DNA of 62,752 nt, counting the filler, from Catajapyx aquilonaris (lineage: Eukaryota), in the NCBI GenBank assembly GCA_000934665.2. It is 3 parts of 3 records of this genome, joined end to end, with 100 filler letters (N's around TTAATTAATTAA, not from the genome) between each part and the next. Parts side by side here need not be neighbours in the genome. Positions count along the whole stretch, not along the records: positions 42,045 to 62,752 come from JYFJ02006210.1; 2 more parts are not named here. One strand, 5' to 3'. The notes under the pieces were generated by a model. That model was not told the DNA's origin. It saw nothing but the letters and a program-made list of their open reading frames with translations, and did no database searches. The position numbers and the translations under genes are program-made. Of the stretch, positions 51,853 to 62,752 are shown piece by piece; position 1 is the stretch's first letter, and the number at the start of each line of letters is the position of its first letter.

Positions 51853-54800
51853 TCATGTATGAATTCGCATGTGACTTTTCATCCTGGATGACTCACGGAA
51901 TTTTCTCTGGCACACCTCACAAGTAAATGGTTTTTCTCCCGTATGAATAAGCATGTGCCTTTTCAAATCATGTGATTTACAAAACGTTTTCTGGCACACC
52001 TCACAAGTGAATGGTTTTTCTCCTGTATGAATGAGCATGTGTGTATTCAAAGTACCTTGACATTTAAATTTGCTCTGGCACACCTCACAAGTAAATGATT
52101 TTTCTCCTGTATGAACGACCATGTGAGTTTTCAACTGACTTGATGTGATAAATTTTTTCTGGCACACCTCACAAGCAAATGGTTTTTCTCCTGTATGAAT
52201 ACGCATGTGAGTTTTCAAATCATGTGATTTACGAAACGTTTTCTGGCACACCTCACAAGTGAATGGTTTGTCTCCTGCATGGATGAGCATGTGTTCTTTC
52301 AAAGAGCTTTGATATTTAAATTTGCTCTTGCACACCTCACAAGTAAATGGTTTGTCTCCTGTATGAACGACCATGTGAGTTTTCAACCTATTTGATTCAC
52401 TGAATTTTTTCTGGCATAACTCACAAGTAAATGGTTTTTCTCCTGTATGAATTCGCATATGCTTTTTCAAATCACTACGCTGAGTAAATGATTTATGGCA
52501 CACCTCACAAGAAAATGGTTTTTCTCTTCTATGAATATGCATGTGAAATTTCAAACTACTTACAGCACGAAACTTTTCCTGGCACACCTCACAAGTAAAT
52601 GGTTTTTCTTCGGTATGAATTCGCATGTGAATTTTCAAATCACTAGGCTGAGTAAATGTTTTATGGCACACCTCACAAGCAAGTTTTTCTCCTCTATGAA
52701 TATGAAATTTCGAACTACTTTCAGCACGCAACTTTTTCTGGCACACCTCACAAATAAATGGCTTGTCTCCTGTATGAATTTTCAACTGACTGGAGAGGTG
52801 AAATGTTTTCTGGCAAATTTGACAGCAATATTTTTCACTGTGAGTTAAGAGGTGAATTTTCAAATCCGGCAGGGTACCAAATAATTTTTGGCACATTCTA
52901 CACTCAAATGAACTTTTTCCACCACATAATCCCCTGCTCCTTTCCTCCTGGATCCCATTCTCTTCTCCTCCATCTTCAGTTCTCACTTGCACAACCTGAA
53001 AAGAAAATTACAGTACATTAATTTTGAATTAGCAGTGTGGATAGTGTGATCCTTTCAACCTGATGTTATTTGGAAGGCATCTCTTGTAAAAAAGGCCCAA
53101 GAAGTTGATTCACGGATAGTACAATCAGGGATCTCAGTGTAACCGCACTTCATATAACTTAGTACCATGTACAGTGCCCGACATATTGATTGAATCAGTT
53201 CTCTTGCGAGCCGATTTCCAACGTTATCCTGGATATTCAGAGCAATCCCGCACAACATGTTGCGAAATCCAGTGAGGCGCGAAAGAGTAAGGTATTTAAG
53301 CGATCTGGGGTCATTCCCGGACCAAGGGCTGAAAACCATGTCTCAGGGCCTCACCTGTACAGCTAGCTTGTTTGATCTCTCTCTTGACCTTCACACCGAT
53401 TTGCTCGCTATTAAAAGGCACTATTGGCTCATCTGGAAAATGCCCAGCGCCCCAGAATATGACAACCGCGGCGTGATCATTGCCACTACCATTAAACTAC
53501 GTATACCACGATAATTGCCATAGTCACAGCACCAATACAATCACCACAAAGCGGGTGTTATGCGGCTGTTGCAGAGAATTTCTGGAATATATTTAAAAAG
53601 TCACCAAAAAAACGTAGTAGGAGGCGTGGGTGGGGATGGTTGGAGGGTCACATACGTTATGCTTTTGTGGTATATGGTGGAGGACATAGACAAGAGACAG
53701 CGTACGAAGAAGACGAAGACCACCTTGACTGCATTTTAATTCATCAACGTGCCGACGACTCCGTCCGCGGGAGCGAACAGAACAGCTGATCACAACTTAT
53801 GCAGGGTGGTCTGAAAGCCGTCATGCACATGAAAATGGAACATTATTTGACGAAATCATTGGGTGAATGACACAAGTAACTCATGTATTAATCTGCAGTA
53901 AACACACACTATGACACATTGACACAAACAATGTGAAGGTTTTTAAGGCTGTTGATTACGAACTGTATGTAAACTAAACACAGTTGAAGAAATAATGTGC
54001 ATTTTCACCTGAGTGTCGCCACGAATTTTCTGAACCATACAAAAGGTCCGTGAATTAAGACAAAGAACATCATTAAGAGATGTGCTCTGCGTTCAGGTTG
54101 AAAGTGAAATTGACAGCATATGAAATCACAATGAAATCATGGCAAAGAATAAATCAACAATTACCAAAAGCAGACGACAAAAATGAAGGACAGTTGCGAA
54201 ACAACTCATGCCAAGTCAGGCAACTGTGACAAACAAGCACTGGCGCAGACGACGACAAAGCCGTGCATGCTGCTGTTGCCCTGAATTACAAAGGGAGGTG
54301 AGTAATACTCGCGCAGCAAAAAGGAAAACAAAAATTACTAACAGCACACGGCAATTCATGCCAGTGAAGTCAATGGGGTCGGGTATGACGAATCTCAGGG
54401 AGGAAAGCGCCAAGGGCACAGATTCTGGACCAAGGTGGTGGTCTCCTGCAAGAGTACTCTGATGGCTGCGTCACTTCCTGTCTCCAGTTCAGTATTTGGT
54501 CCAGCCCCCACCCTGCTGGATAACTCCCTCCACCCGCCGAGGCACTCTCTCAATCAAATTCCAACAGAGGTCTTCGTATCCTTGAAGGCAGGCCCACTCC
54601 TCCTGCATGCCTGCCCAGAGGGCATCTGGGGTGGTGAACCTTCTTCCCTGGAGCCTCCTCTTCAAGAGGCTCCACACATTTTCGATGGGGTTGAGGTCCA
54701 ACCCCTTTGGCGGCCACTCGAGGAAAGTAGCCGCCGGGTTGTTCTCAACCTGAAATGGCAGGAAGTATGTGTGGGAGTGCGGAAATCTTGAAACGGCCCA

Positions 54801-57800
54801 AGAGAATCATTGATGTTGCTTATGAGTTATAACTTACCCACTGGTTCACCACCCGAGCTGTATGCACTGGAGACAGGTCCTGGACCATGTAGAAACAGCC
54901 CTCCGGGTACTCCTCCAGGAGAGAGGGCAATACCTCTCGGTCCAGAATCTGGACATAGTCAACAGCTTTCAGCTTCCCTGTGATTCTAACCAGCGGTCCC
55001 AATGACTTGACCGACATCCATGAAAGCACGACCACAGAAAAGCGGCCACTCCGATGCACTCCCTGGAAATTGCGTGGATCATAGAGCTCTCCAGGCAGCC
55101 TGTGAATCCTAATCTTTCCCTTAGGGCCGACTTCAACCGCCGACTCATCCATGAAAGCGACCTGGCTCCAATCCTCCGCCGTCCACGACCTGTATTGTTC
55201 TGTTAAAGGAAGATGATTGGATGTAATACGGGTGTACTGGTAGGAAAGGCATGAAAAGCCCGTCGTGGCAACAGCGTGGCTACGGAATAAGACACATCCA
55301 ATATTCTACAGGCATGGATGGGGCGTAATTGCTACTCAAAATAATGAGAACATACCACAAAATCTCAGTCTGGCCCTCTTGTGTGCCTCGGTCAGCAGAG
55401 GTTTTTGGGCCGCGGTGCGGCCCGGTAGCCGGGCATCGACCAACCGCCTCTGGATGGTTCGGACTGACACCACATCCTGGAGGTCCACGTCCCGCCGTAT
55501 CTGCGATGCCATGGGCCGAGGCAGTTCCCCGAGTTGGCTGACCTCAGCTATGTGCTGGTCCTCCAGGATGGTGGTGTGTCTGGGTCTACCACACCTAATA
55601 TGAATTTGCCACAGACATATGATGTAGTCGTCTGAACTTCGCAATTCTGATATTAGTGATATTTGTGACGTGTCAGCCTCGTCATAGCTGACGTGATGGT
55701 ATGTCTCACCTCCCCTTGTAATTGAGGCTAACAGCAGCATGCTCGGCTTCGTCGTCATCTGCGTCCGGGTTTGTCGCAAGATGGTCGTCATATTTTTTGC
55801 ATAGCCTTGCCACAGTTGGCTGACTCGTCATGAGTTGCCGGGCAATTTGGCGAGTCGGCAGGCCATTTTTGTGGAGTTCTTCATTTCCGATGGGAAATTG
55901 TCACGGATTAGTTCACAATGTGTATACTAAATCGCATACCATGCCCATTGTCATGCTTACCAATCACCCGCCGACGCAGGTCTTCACTAATCGGCTTCAT
56001 TTTGAACTGAGGTCTTCTATCTTCACACTGTAAAGTAAAAGTGCATATATTTATGCACCTAGGTGCATAAATTCTTGTCTCTGGTTTGAACCGCTTTCTG
56101 CATAAATTTTATGCACCCATTGCATAAATGCATATTATGCACCGAGTGCATATGTTGAAAATATGCACTTTCTGAATAAAGTTATGCATTCAGTGAGTGG
56201 TATTTATGTAGTACCTAGTATAGTGTATATTGACATATTATTTAAAAATAGTCTAAATTGGGGTTTTAAACACTGCGGTGCACCGCGCCTTTTATTAACG
56301 GACTCATGACAAAATGCACAGTTCACACATTCGTTGCGTGAAATGCAGCACTGCTCATGACTAGCTCCCACACTCTTGCAAATTGTGTTATTCGCAGTAC
56401 CCAAGATTCACTGTTCCCTATTACCTTCAACTTACCATGCACAATAGAAACCTGGATACTTGATGATTACACATTGTGATAATGTGCTCATGTTTCCTGT
56501 TGAGTGTATTTCATTAAGAGGATCAGCAATGGATAATGCAATAATTAGACAATTGTTGACATGTCGCTCACTTTTGACGCTGCTAAACAAAACGTTATTT
56601 CTTATCCAACCATCCCCACCCACCACCAGTCCACCGCAATCCCCGGTTTAGGTATTAACCTTGCATTTGGCATAATGAAGAGGAAGAATAGGTGCAAAGG
56701 GTGGAGGGCCTTATATCTTAGGCTATGACCCATATCTCTCTCAGTAGTCCACCCACGCCTCCTACGTTTTTTTGGTGACTTTTTAAAAATATTCCAGAAA
56801 TTCTCTGCAAAAGCCGCTTTGTGGTGATTGTATTGGTGCTGTGACTATGGCAATTATCGTGGTATACATAGTTTAATACATTGGTAGTTTCGATATACCC
56901 TGGGCGGGGGCCCTCCCGATGGTTGGCAACGTTGCATCGCAAACAATCGGATGCCTCGATACCACGTGTTGACACTGCTGCCAGCGAAATTCGAATGCCT
57001 TCACAGTTGTTGCTTGATGAAGTGTCGTTCTTTGGGTTAACAGACTGCAGCAACCATCATGGCTTTCATATTTCCCACCTCCTTCATTAATACTGTGGCC
57101 CTATAGCACTCGTCTGATCAGTTCGTGTCACTGTGGCAGGGGTAACAAGACGCCCTTTGTTGTGCTCCCCGGCAACCGATTGTTTGCGACACGTAGCCAA
57201 CATGTTTGGAACCCACCATGCCTTCCCAATCCCACCGTGTCGCTAGGTGCGGATAAACGATAGACTTTTCCCTTTTCGATTGGACCAAGTCTGTTAGAAT
57301 GGGTTTATTTTTTCCCCAATTTTTTTTCTTTTCAAAATAAAATCCTACGTACTGCTCCGAGTAGTTTGCAGCAGTAATTTTTACGAGTCGTTCCATACAG
57401 TACTGTCAAGGACACTACCCAGGTATACAAACTGGTTCACCTGCTCCACCAGTTTTCCTTGTGCCTGCAACATACAAGGAGAAACCTGCTGTCCTCTCTC
57501 AAATACCAAGGCCTTAGTCTTATCTACGTACATTAATCCTCATACCCAATAATAATAATAAGAACAATAATAATAACAACAATAATAATAACATAATAGT
57601 AATAATAATGAAGTATAAATACTGTAGTATGCTCTCTTACATAAATTTGGCTTTTTTAAAAAATAGCAAAAAATGATAAGGCTGCATCAACAGCAACCAT
57701 TTACTGCACATCACCAAGTGGTTGAGTATATTCAACAAGAGTGTGGATATTTCCAAAATACTGTACAATATCATCTAGCCTGGGTGCTTGATTTGCACTG

Positions 57801-58321
57801 AAATTTTTGTGAGGCTTTAGTGTAACATTATAATGAAATTTCAGCAGTGTACGTACCTCACTAATCCTTCCACAACCAACAGCCAAAGGGTCATCTTCAT
57901 CTTCAACCTCCCCAGACACGGCCACCACCATCTCCTCCTCCTCCTCCTCCTCTGCTGGAACAACTCCCAACGGGTCATCATCCTCTTTGTCCTCCCTAGA
58001 CGTGGTTGCCACCATCTCTTTCTCCCCCTCATCCTCAGCTTCCTCCTTCTTGATCTCACGAAGAGTGTCTTTTATGAGAGTAGAACCATCATCAAAGCAA
58101 GACGGGGTCTCCTTCTTCAAGGGAACCTGCCAGGTCTCCTCAACTGTGATGTCCTCATCTTCTTCCTTCACTTCTTCCTTCTTTATAAGAGTAGAGCCGT
58201 CATCAAAGCAAGAAGGGGTCTCCTGCCTCAAGGGAATCTGCCAGGTCTCCTCTGTTGTGATGTCCTCATCTCCTCCTCCTTCCTCCACCTCTTCCTTCTT
58301 TATCCTCAGGATCAAAGACAT
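51853..58321 (-). CDS. Tandem C2H2 zinc-finger protein B; exons 57857-58321 and 51853-52995; ~535 aa, 13 fingers (2 degenerate)
   Basis: Paralog of A; phase-0 splice GAG|gtacgt...cag|GTT. Confidence 0.88.
53172..56880 (-). mobile_element. Tc1-like DNA transposon nested in ZNF B intron (right boundary uncertain)
   Basis: Homology to paralogous introns breaks at TA|CAGTGCCCGACATATTGATTG; ~140-bp inverted repeats at ~53491-53633 and ~56750-56877 flank the transposase. Confidence 0.7.
54489..56000 (-). CDS. Tc1-family DD35E transposase, 5 exons: 55961-56000, 55710-55878, 55356-55594, 54838-55199, 54489-54749; 356 aa
   Basis: Spliced frame is open: MKPISEDLRRRVIELHKNGLPTRQIARQL (HTH), GRPR, KPLLTEAHKRARLRFC, W..VAFMDES, QDLSPVH, WPP..LDLNPIENVW, GGWTKY*; four GT-AG introns with phases 1,2,1,0. 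Confidence 0.88.
57030..57270. repeat. Dispersed repeat, inverted relative to ~59242-59488
   Basis: GCAACCATCATGGCTTTCATATTTCCCACCTCCTTCATTAAT and its reverse complement at ~59420-59460. Confidence 0.8.
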
Positions 58322-58800
58322 GATCCTGCAACACAAAATTTCAGGTCAGGTAATCATTTCAAGGAGTATCTCCATCACGCCCGCTGAAGAGGAGGAACAT
58401 GCCTCTGAGAGGGTGAGCAAAGGAAAACACGAAGAAAAGAAAATTAGACAAGCCCGTCATAAAGAATGGCACGGTGGTGGAGGGGCATGAAGTTTCTCTG
58501 TCTTCTCGTGTTTCCTTCCAAATCTCAAATTCCATCACAGTGCGAGCTATTAATAAAGATGACGATTCAAAAAATGGTCCCCTGTATGGAATCTGTAAGC
58601 CTCTCACTGTAGTTTCAAAATTATTAATTAATTAATTATATTCAACCCTGGGGGCATGCAGGCCACTGGGGGCAGACAACGGAATACAATAATACAAGAG
58701 GTACATTTGAAAGTATGATTCCGCACTACAGAAAAGACAGAAGATGTGGAAAATTACTCAGTAATTAATACCGAAAGAGGGGGGATTGGTAAACAATCAG

Positions 58801-59156
58801 TGGGGCCGTCCAGACGGGCCGACCTTAGCCGCGGCCAGCCGCGGCTGGTCGAGGCCGCGACGGTTCACACGGCAACGGCCACGGCCAGGCCACGGCTCAG
58901 AAGTCGGCCAAGTTGGCCGACTTCCTGGAAGTTGGCTCGCTGCTTGGCCACGGCTTGGCCTCGGCGACGGATACTGCGCGTCACTTGTTTTTCGTCGCTG
59001 CCATGACTACCGGCCACTATTACAAATGCGGGTGGCTGTTATTAAAATATGTGCCCGTCTGAACGGGTACCGTGGCCAGCCGTGGCTCCGCAAGCCGGTG
59101 CCGGGGCCGGTGCCGGTGCCGGCCGCGGCTAAGGTCGGCCCGTCTGGACGGCCCCA
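58801..59156. mobile_element. GC-rich MITE (Harbinger-like) specific to duplicate B
   Basis: TGGGGCCGTCCAGACGGGCCGACCTTAGCCGCGGCC ... exact reverse complement; empty site AAACAATCAG|TATGTAAA at ~49716. Confidence 0.85.
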
Positions 59157-60955
59157 TAATGTAAACAAATATACTGGGACTCTTTTTACAACATTTCAAG
59201 AAAAAAATACATTTGAAAGTAAGATGCCACACTAACTAAAAGGGAAAGTCTATCGGTTATCCACACCTAGCGACACAGCGAGGTTGGGAGGGTGTGGTGC
59301 GTGGTGGGCTCCAAACATGCTGGCTACGTGTCACAAACCAGTTGCAGGGAGATCACAACAAACGGCGTCTTTTTACCCCTGCCACGCGAACCCATCAGAC
59401 GAGTGCTAGGACCACAGCATTAATGAAGGAGGTGGGAAATATGAAAGCCATGATGGTTGCTGGAGTCCGTTATACCAAAGAACGACACGATGTCACACCA
59501 GCCGTGTTTTCTGAGCGTGTCCAGTAGTATTCCTGCAGAGTGAGTTGTGGGCATGATTGGAGGGGAGAGCCGGGTGGAGGCGGGCGGAACTTGGCGCCAT
59601 GTAGTTCATTGGTTTAACGGACCGTGCGAAGGTGTACTTCGCACTTGGCAAAGCCACAATAATGTTTGTTGGCTGTGGCGCACAATGAGGACCGCATTGT
59701 ATGCGTATACATACCCACAATAAGTGCCCAGTTCTGCTTTCGCTCTGCAAAAACTAAAAATATGACGCACAGGCGACGTACCTTGCCTGAAGAGGCAAAG
59801 GTAGGTTCAACGAGGAGGGACAGTCAAACAGTGCATGGTCCAGTTCATAGGGAGGTTGCAGTGCTCATTGCATTGATTTCAGGAGCGAGCATCAAGGAAC
59901 ATGAACCAATAGTCTTGACAATGGAAGACAATAATGGGCAGGCTCTGCAACAATCATTACCGTTGCCGGAAAAAAAGGGGAACTCCTAAGTACGGGTGGC
60001 TATTCACCTGCTCGAGCTGCTTGGTCTCCGGCGGGATGGGCTCAACTCGACGGGGACACTCTCTCTCTCTCTGAAGAGAACAAGGCGAGGGAGGTCAGGC
60101 GGCCATCTTTGATTCCAATCGATTCTTTTTTTATGCGAATTAAAGGGTGCGTTCCTGTCACCGCACCAGAGAGTGGAAAGGACGGCCTTATGCGCTATCA
60201 CTTCCCATTCAATACTAATCGCCGCTACTGGTGCAGAACCGCTACTCCCTCCAACATTAAAAAATTAATGAACTCTGTTGGATTGAGGTCAAAAATAAGG
60301 TCAAATTTATGCACATTATAATGTTAATATTTTGAAAATACCCTCAAATTTACAAGAGCGTCACGTATTGTCACATTAATATCTAAAGACATGCTTCAAC
60401 CTCCATGGGAAAATTGCATGCAAATTAGCCTCTAAGAAAGACGGTACATAATATATTTTGTTTGAAATAAAACACAATCAAAACACATGACAACTATAGG
60501 TTTTTCCAGTTTTTGTACACAACACACTGGCATCCTCATATATAATTATTATCTGAATTATGACTGACATTGAATTGCCAAAGGCTAATTGGAAGTGATG
60601 CGATCTTACCTATATTTCTTTTTCTCTTCTGTGCATTCACATGTACACCATGTTTTGCATTATTGACCTTATCATACTCCATCAGTCCATCTGGAAAAAT
60701 TAACACATGAAAAGTTTCTCCCATTTGTCCCTCCCTATGATTATATAGGGAGGTTAAAATAAAATTGATTGATTGATTGATTGAGTTTCTCCCATTTGTG
60801 CACTTGCTCGTGATTTTTCAAATGACTCCAATTAAAATGCTTTTGGCATTTCATGCAGTTCATGCAAACAAGGTAACTTGTGGTTTTTTTTTCGGCCATC
60901 TGCATACTCATGACATTTCAATAGTGATGACTCACTGAATTCCTATCGGTAAATT

Positions 60956-62320
60956 TCACAAAGGGGATGTGTCGGATCTGCATGAGAATCGTGTATGAAT
61001 TCGCATGTGCTTTTTCACCTTACTTGATTCACGAAACTTCTTATGGCACACCTCACAAGTAAATGGTTTTTCTCCCGTATGAATGAGCATATGCCTTTTC
61101 AAATCATATGATTTACAAAACGTTTTCTGGCAAACCTCACAAGTGAATGGTTTGTCTCCTGTATGAATACGCATGTGAGTTTTCAAATGACTTGAATCAC
61201 TAAACTTTTTCTGACACACCTCACAAGTGAATGGTTTGTCTCCTGTATGAATATGCATGTGAGTTTTCAAATGATATGCATCACGTAACTTTTTCTGGCA
61301 CACCTCACAAGTGAATGGTTTGTCTCCTGTATGAATACACATGTGGATTTTCAAATTATATGCATCACGAAACTTTTTCTGGCACACCTCACAAGTAAAT
61401 GGTTTGTCTCCTGTATGAATAAGCATGTGAATTTTCAAACCATATGCATCACGAAACTTTTTCAGGCACACCTCACAAGTGAATAGTTTTTCTCCTGTAT
61501 GAATACACATGTGAGTTTTCAAATTATGTGCATCACGAAACTTTTTCTGGCACACCTCACAAGAGAATGGCTTGTCTCCTGTATGAATTCGCATGTGACT
61601 TTTCAAAGTTGATGTATCACGAAATGTGTTCTGGCAAACCTCACAAGTAAATGGTTTTTCTCCTGCATGAATTTTAATGTGGCGTTTCAAATGACACGGA
61701 CTCTTGAAGGTTTTCCTACACACCTGACAATTAAATGGTCTGTCTTCAGTGTGAAGCCGCATGTGAATTTTCAACTTATTGGAATTAAGAAACTTTTTCT
61801 GGCACACCTCACAAGTGAATGGTTTTTCTCCTGTATGAATTCGCATGTGAATTTTCAAATTTGATGGATCATGAAATTTGTTCTGGCACACCTCACAAGT
61901 GAATGGTTTTTCTCCCGTATGAATTCGCATGTGAATTTTCAACTTACATGGTTTACAAAAAAATTTCTGACACACTTCACAAGTAAATTGTTTCTTTCCT
62001 GTATGAATTTTCATGTGGCATTTCAAATTACACGGCCTCTTAAAGATTTTCCTACACACCTGACAACTGAATGGTGTGTCTCCAGTGTGAAGCCGCATGT
62101 GAATTTTCAACTTACTTGAGAGATAAAAAGTTTTCTGGCAAATTGGGCAGCAATATTTTTCACTGTGAGTTCTGAGGTGAATTTTCAAATCATGCAGGGT
62201 CCCAAATAATTTTTGGCACATTCTACACTCAAATGAACTTTTTCCATCAAATATTCCCCTGCTCCTTTCCTCTTGGATCCCATTCTCTTCTCCTCCATCT
62301 TCAGTTCTCACTTGCACAAC
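60956..62320 (-). CDS. Tandem C2H2 zinc-finger protein C, finger exon (15 fingers); 5' exon outside window
   Basis: Paralog of A and B with the same acceptor and VVQVRTEDGGEENG leader. Confidence 0.9.
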   Translation of the reverse strand, partial: VVQVRTEDGGEENGIQEERSRGIFDGKSSFECRMCQKLFGTLHDLKIHLRTHSEKYCCPICQKTFYLSSKLKIHMRLHTGDTPFSCQVCRKIFKRPCNLKCHMKIHTGKKQFTCEVCQKFFCKPCKLKIHMRIHTGEKPFTCEVCQNKFHDPSNLKIHMRIHTGEKPFTCEVCQKKFLNSNKLKIHMRLHTEDRPFNCQVCRKTFKSPCHLKRHIKIHAGEKPFTCEVCQNTFRDTSTLKSHMRIHTGDKPFSCEVCQKKFRDAHNLKTHMCIHTGEKLFTCEVCLKKFRDAYGLKIHMLIHTGDKPFTCEVCQKKFRDAYNLKIHMCIHTGDKPFTCEVCQKKLRDAYHLKTHMHIHTGDKPFTCEVCQKKFSDSSHLKTHMRIHTGDKPFTCEVCQKTFCKSYDLKRHMLIHTGEKPFTCEVCHKKFRESSKVKKHMRIHTRFSCRSDTSPL

Positions 62321-62752
62321 CTGAAAAGGAAATTACAGTACATCAATTTTGAATAATATTTGCAGTGTGCATAGTGTGATCCTTTCAACCTGATGTCATT
62401 TGGAAGGCCCAAGAAGTTGAGGCACAGATTGTACAATCAGAGATCTCAGTGTAACCACACTTCATATAACTTACTATGTACTTCATCTATACATGACTGT
62501 ATACTCTCCGTATATTTGATATGCTTAAAACTGGACCTATAGGCCATTGTATAGTAATTGAAAACAATAAGGCAAAGGTTTTTCATTGCCTCATCTGAGA
62601 AGGTCAATCACGTCTTGGTTAGCTGAGTCGCTGCGTACAGTACAGGCTGATTGGATGTGTAAAAAGATGAATGCAGATAGAGTTGGCCCAGGAAAAGACT
62701 TCACAGCTGCATTGGTTTCTCCCCCAAATTTCCTGTCCCCTTCACCCCCCCC

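Overview
Eukaryotic, intron-containing, repeat-rich DNA, most likely from an arthropod (inferred from gene content, SINE types and TTAGG-like motifs). It consists of three contigs joined by artificial 100-bp N-TTAATTAATTAA-N spacers at ~20786-20885 and ~41945-42044. Contig 1 holds a 3-exon F-box/LRR gene, a 4-exon Mox/Meox (buttonless-like) homeobox gene and the last coding exon of a RalBP1/Rlip-like gene, all on the minus strand. Contig 2 holds two Ig-domain exons of a DIP/lachesin-family gene (DIP-gamma-like). A tandem cluster of four Ly6/three-finger (quiver-like) GPI-protein copies lies on the opposite strand, apparently in its intron, and every copy carries a lesion. Contig 3 holds three ~9-kb tandem duplicates of a C2H2 zinc-finger gene with an acidic, internally repeated N-terminus. 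The most notable find is an apparently intact 356-aa Tc1-like DD35E transposase split by four canonical GT-AG introns. It is missed by the ORF track and nested in the intron of the middle zinc-finger gene. MITEs, tRNA-derived SINEs with TSDs, Helitron-like elements and tandem repeats fill the rest. Exon coordinates were worked out by hand and no database search was run.
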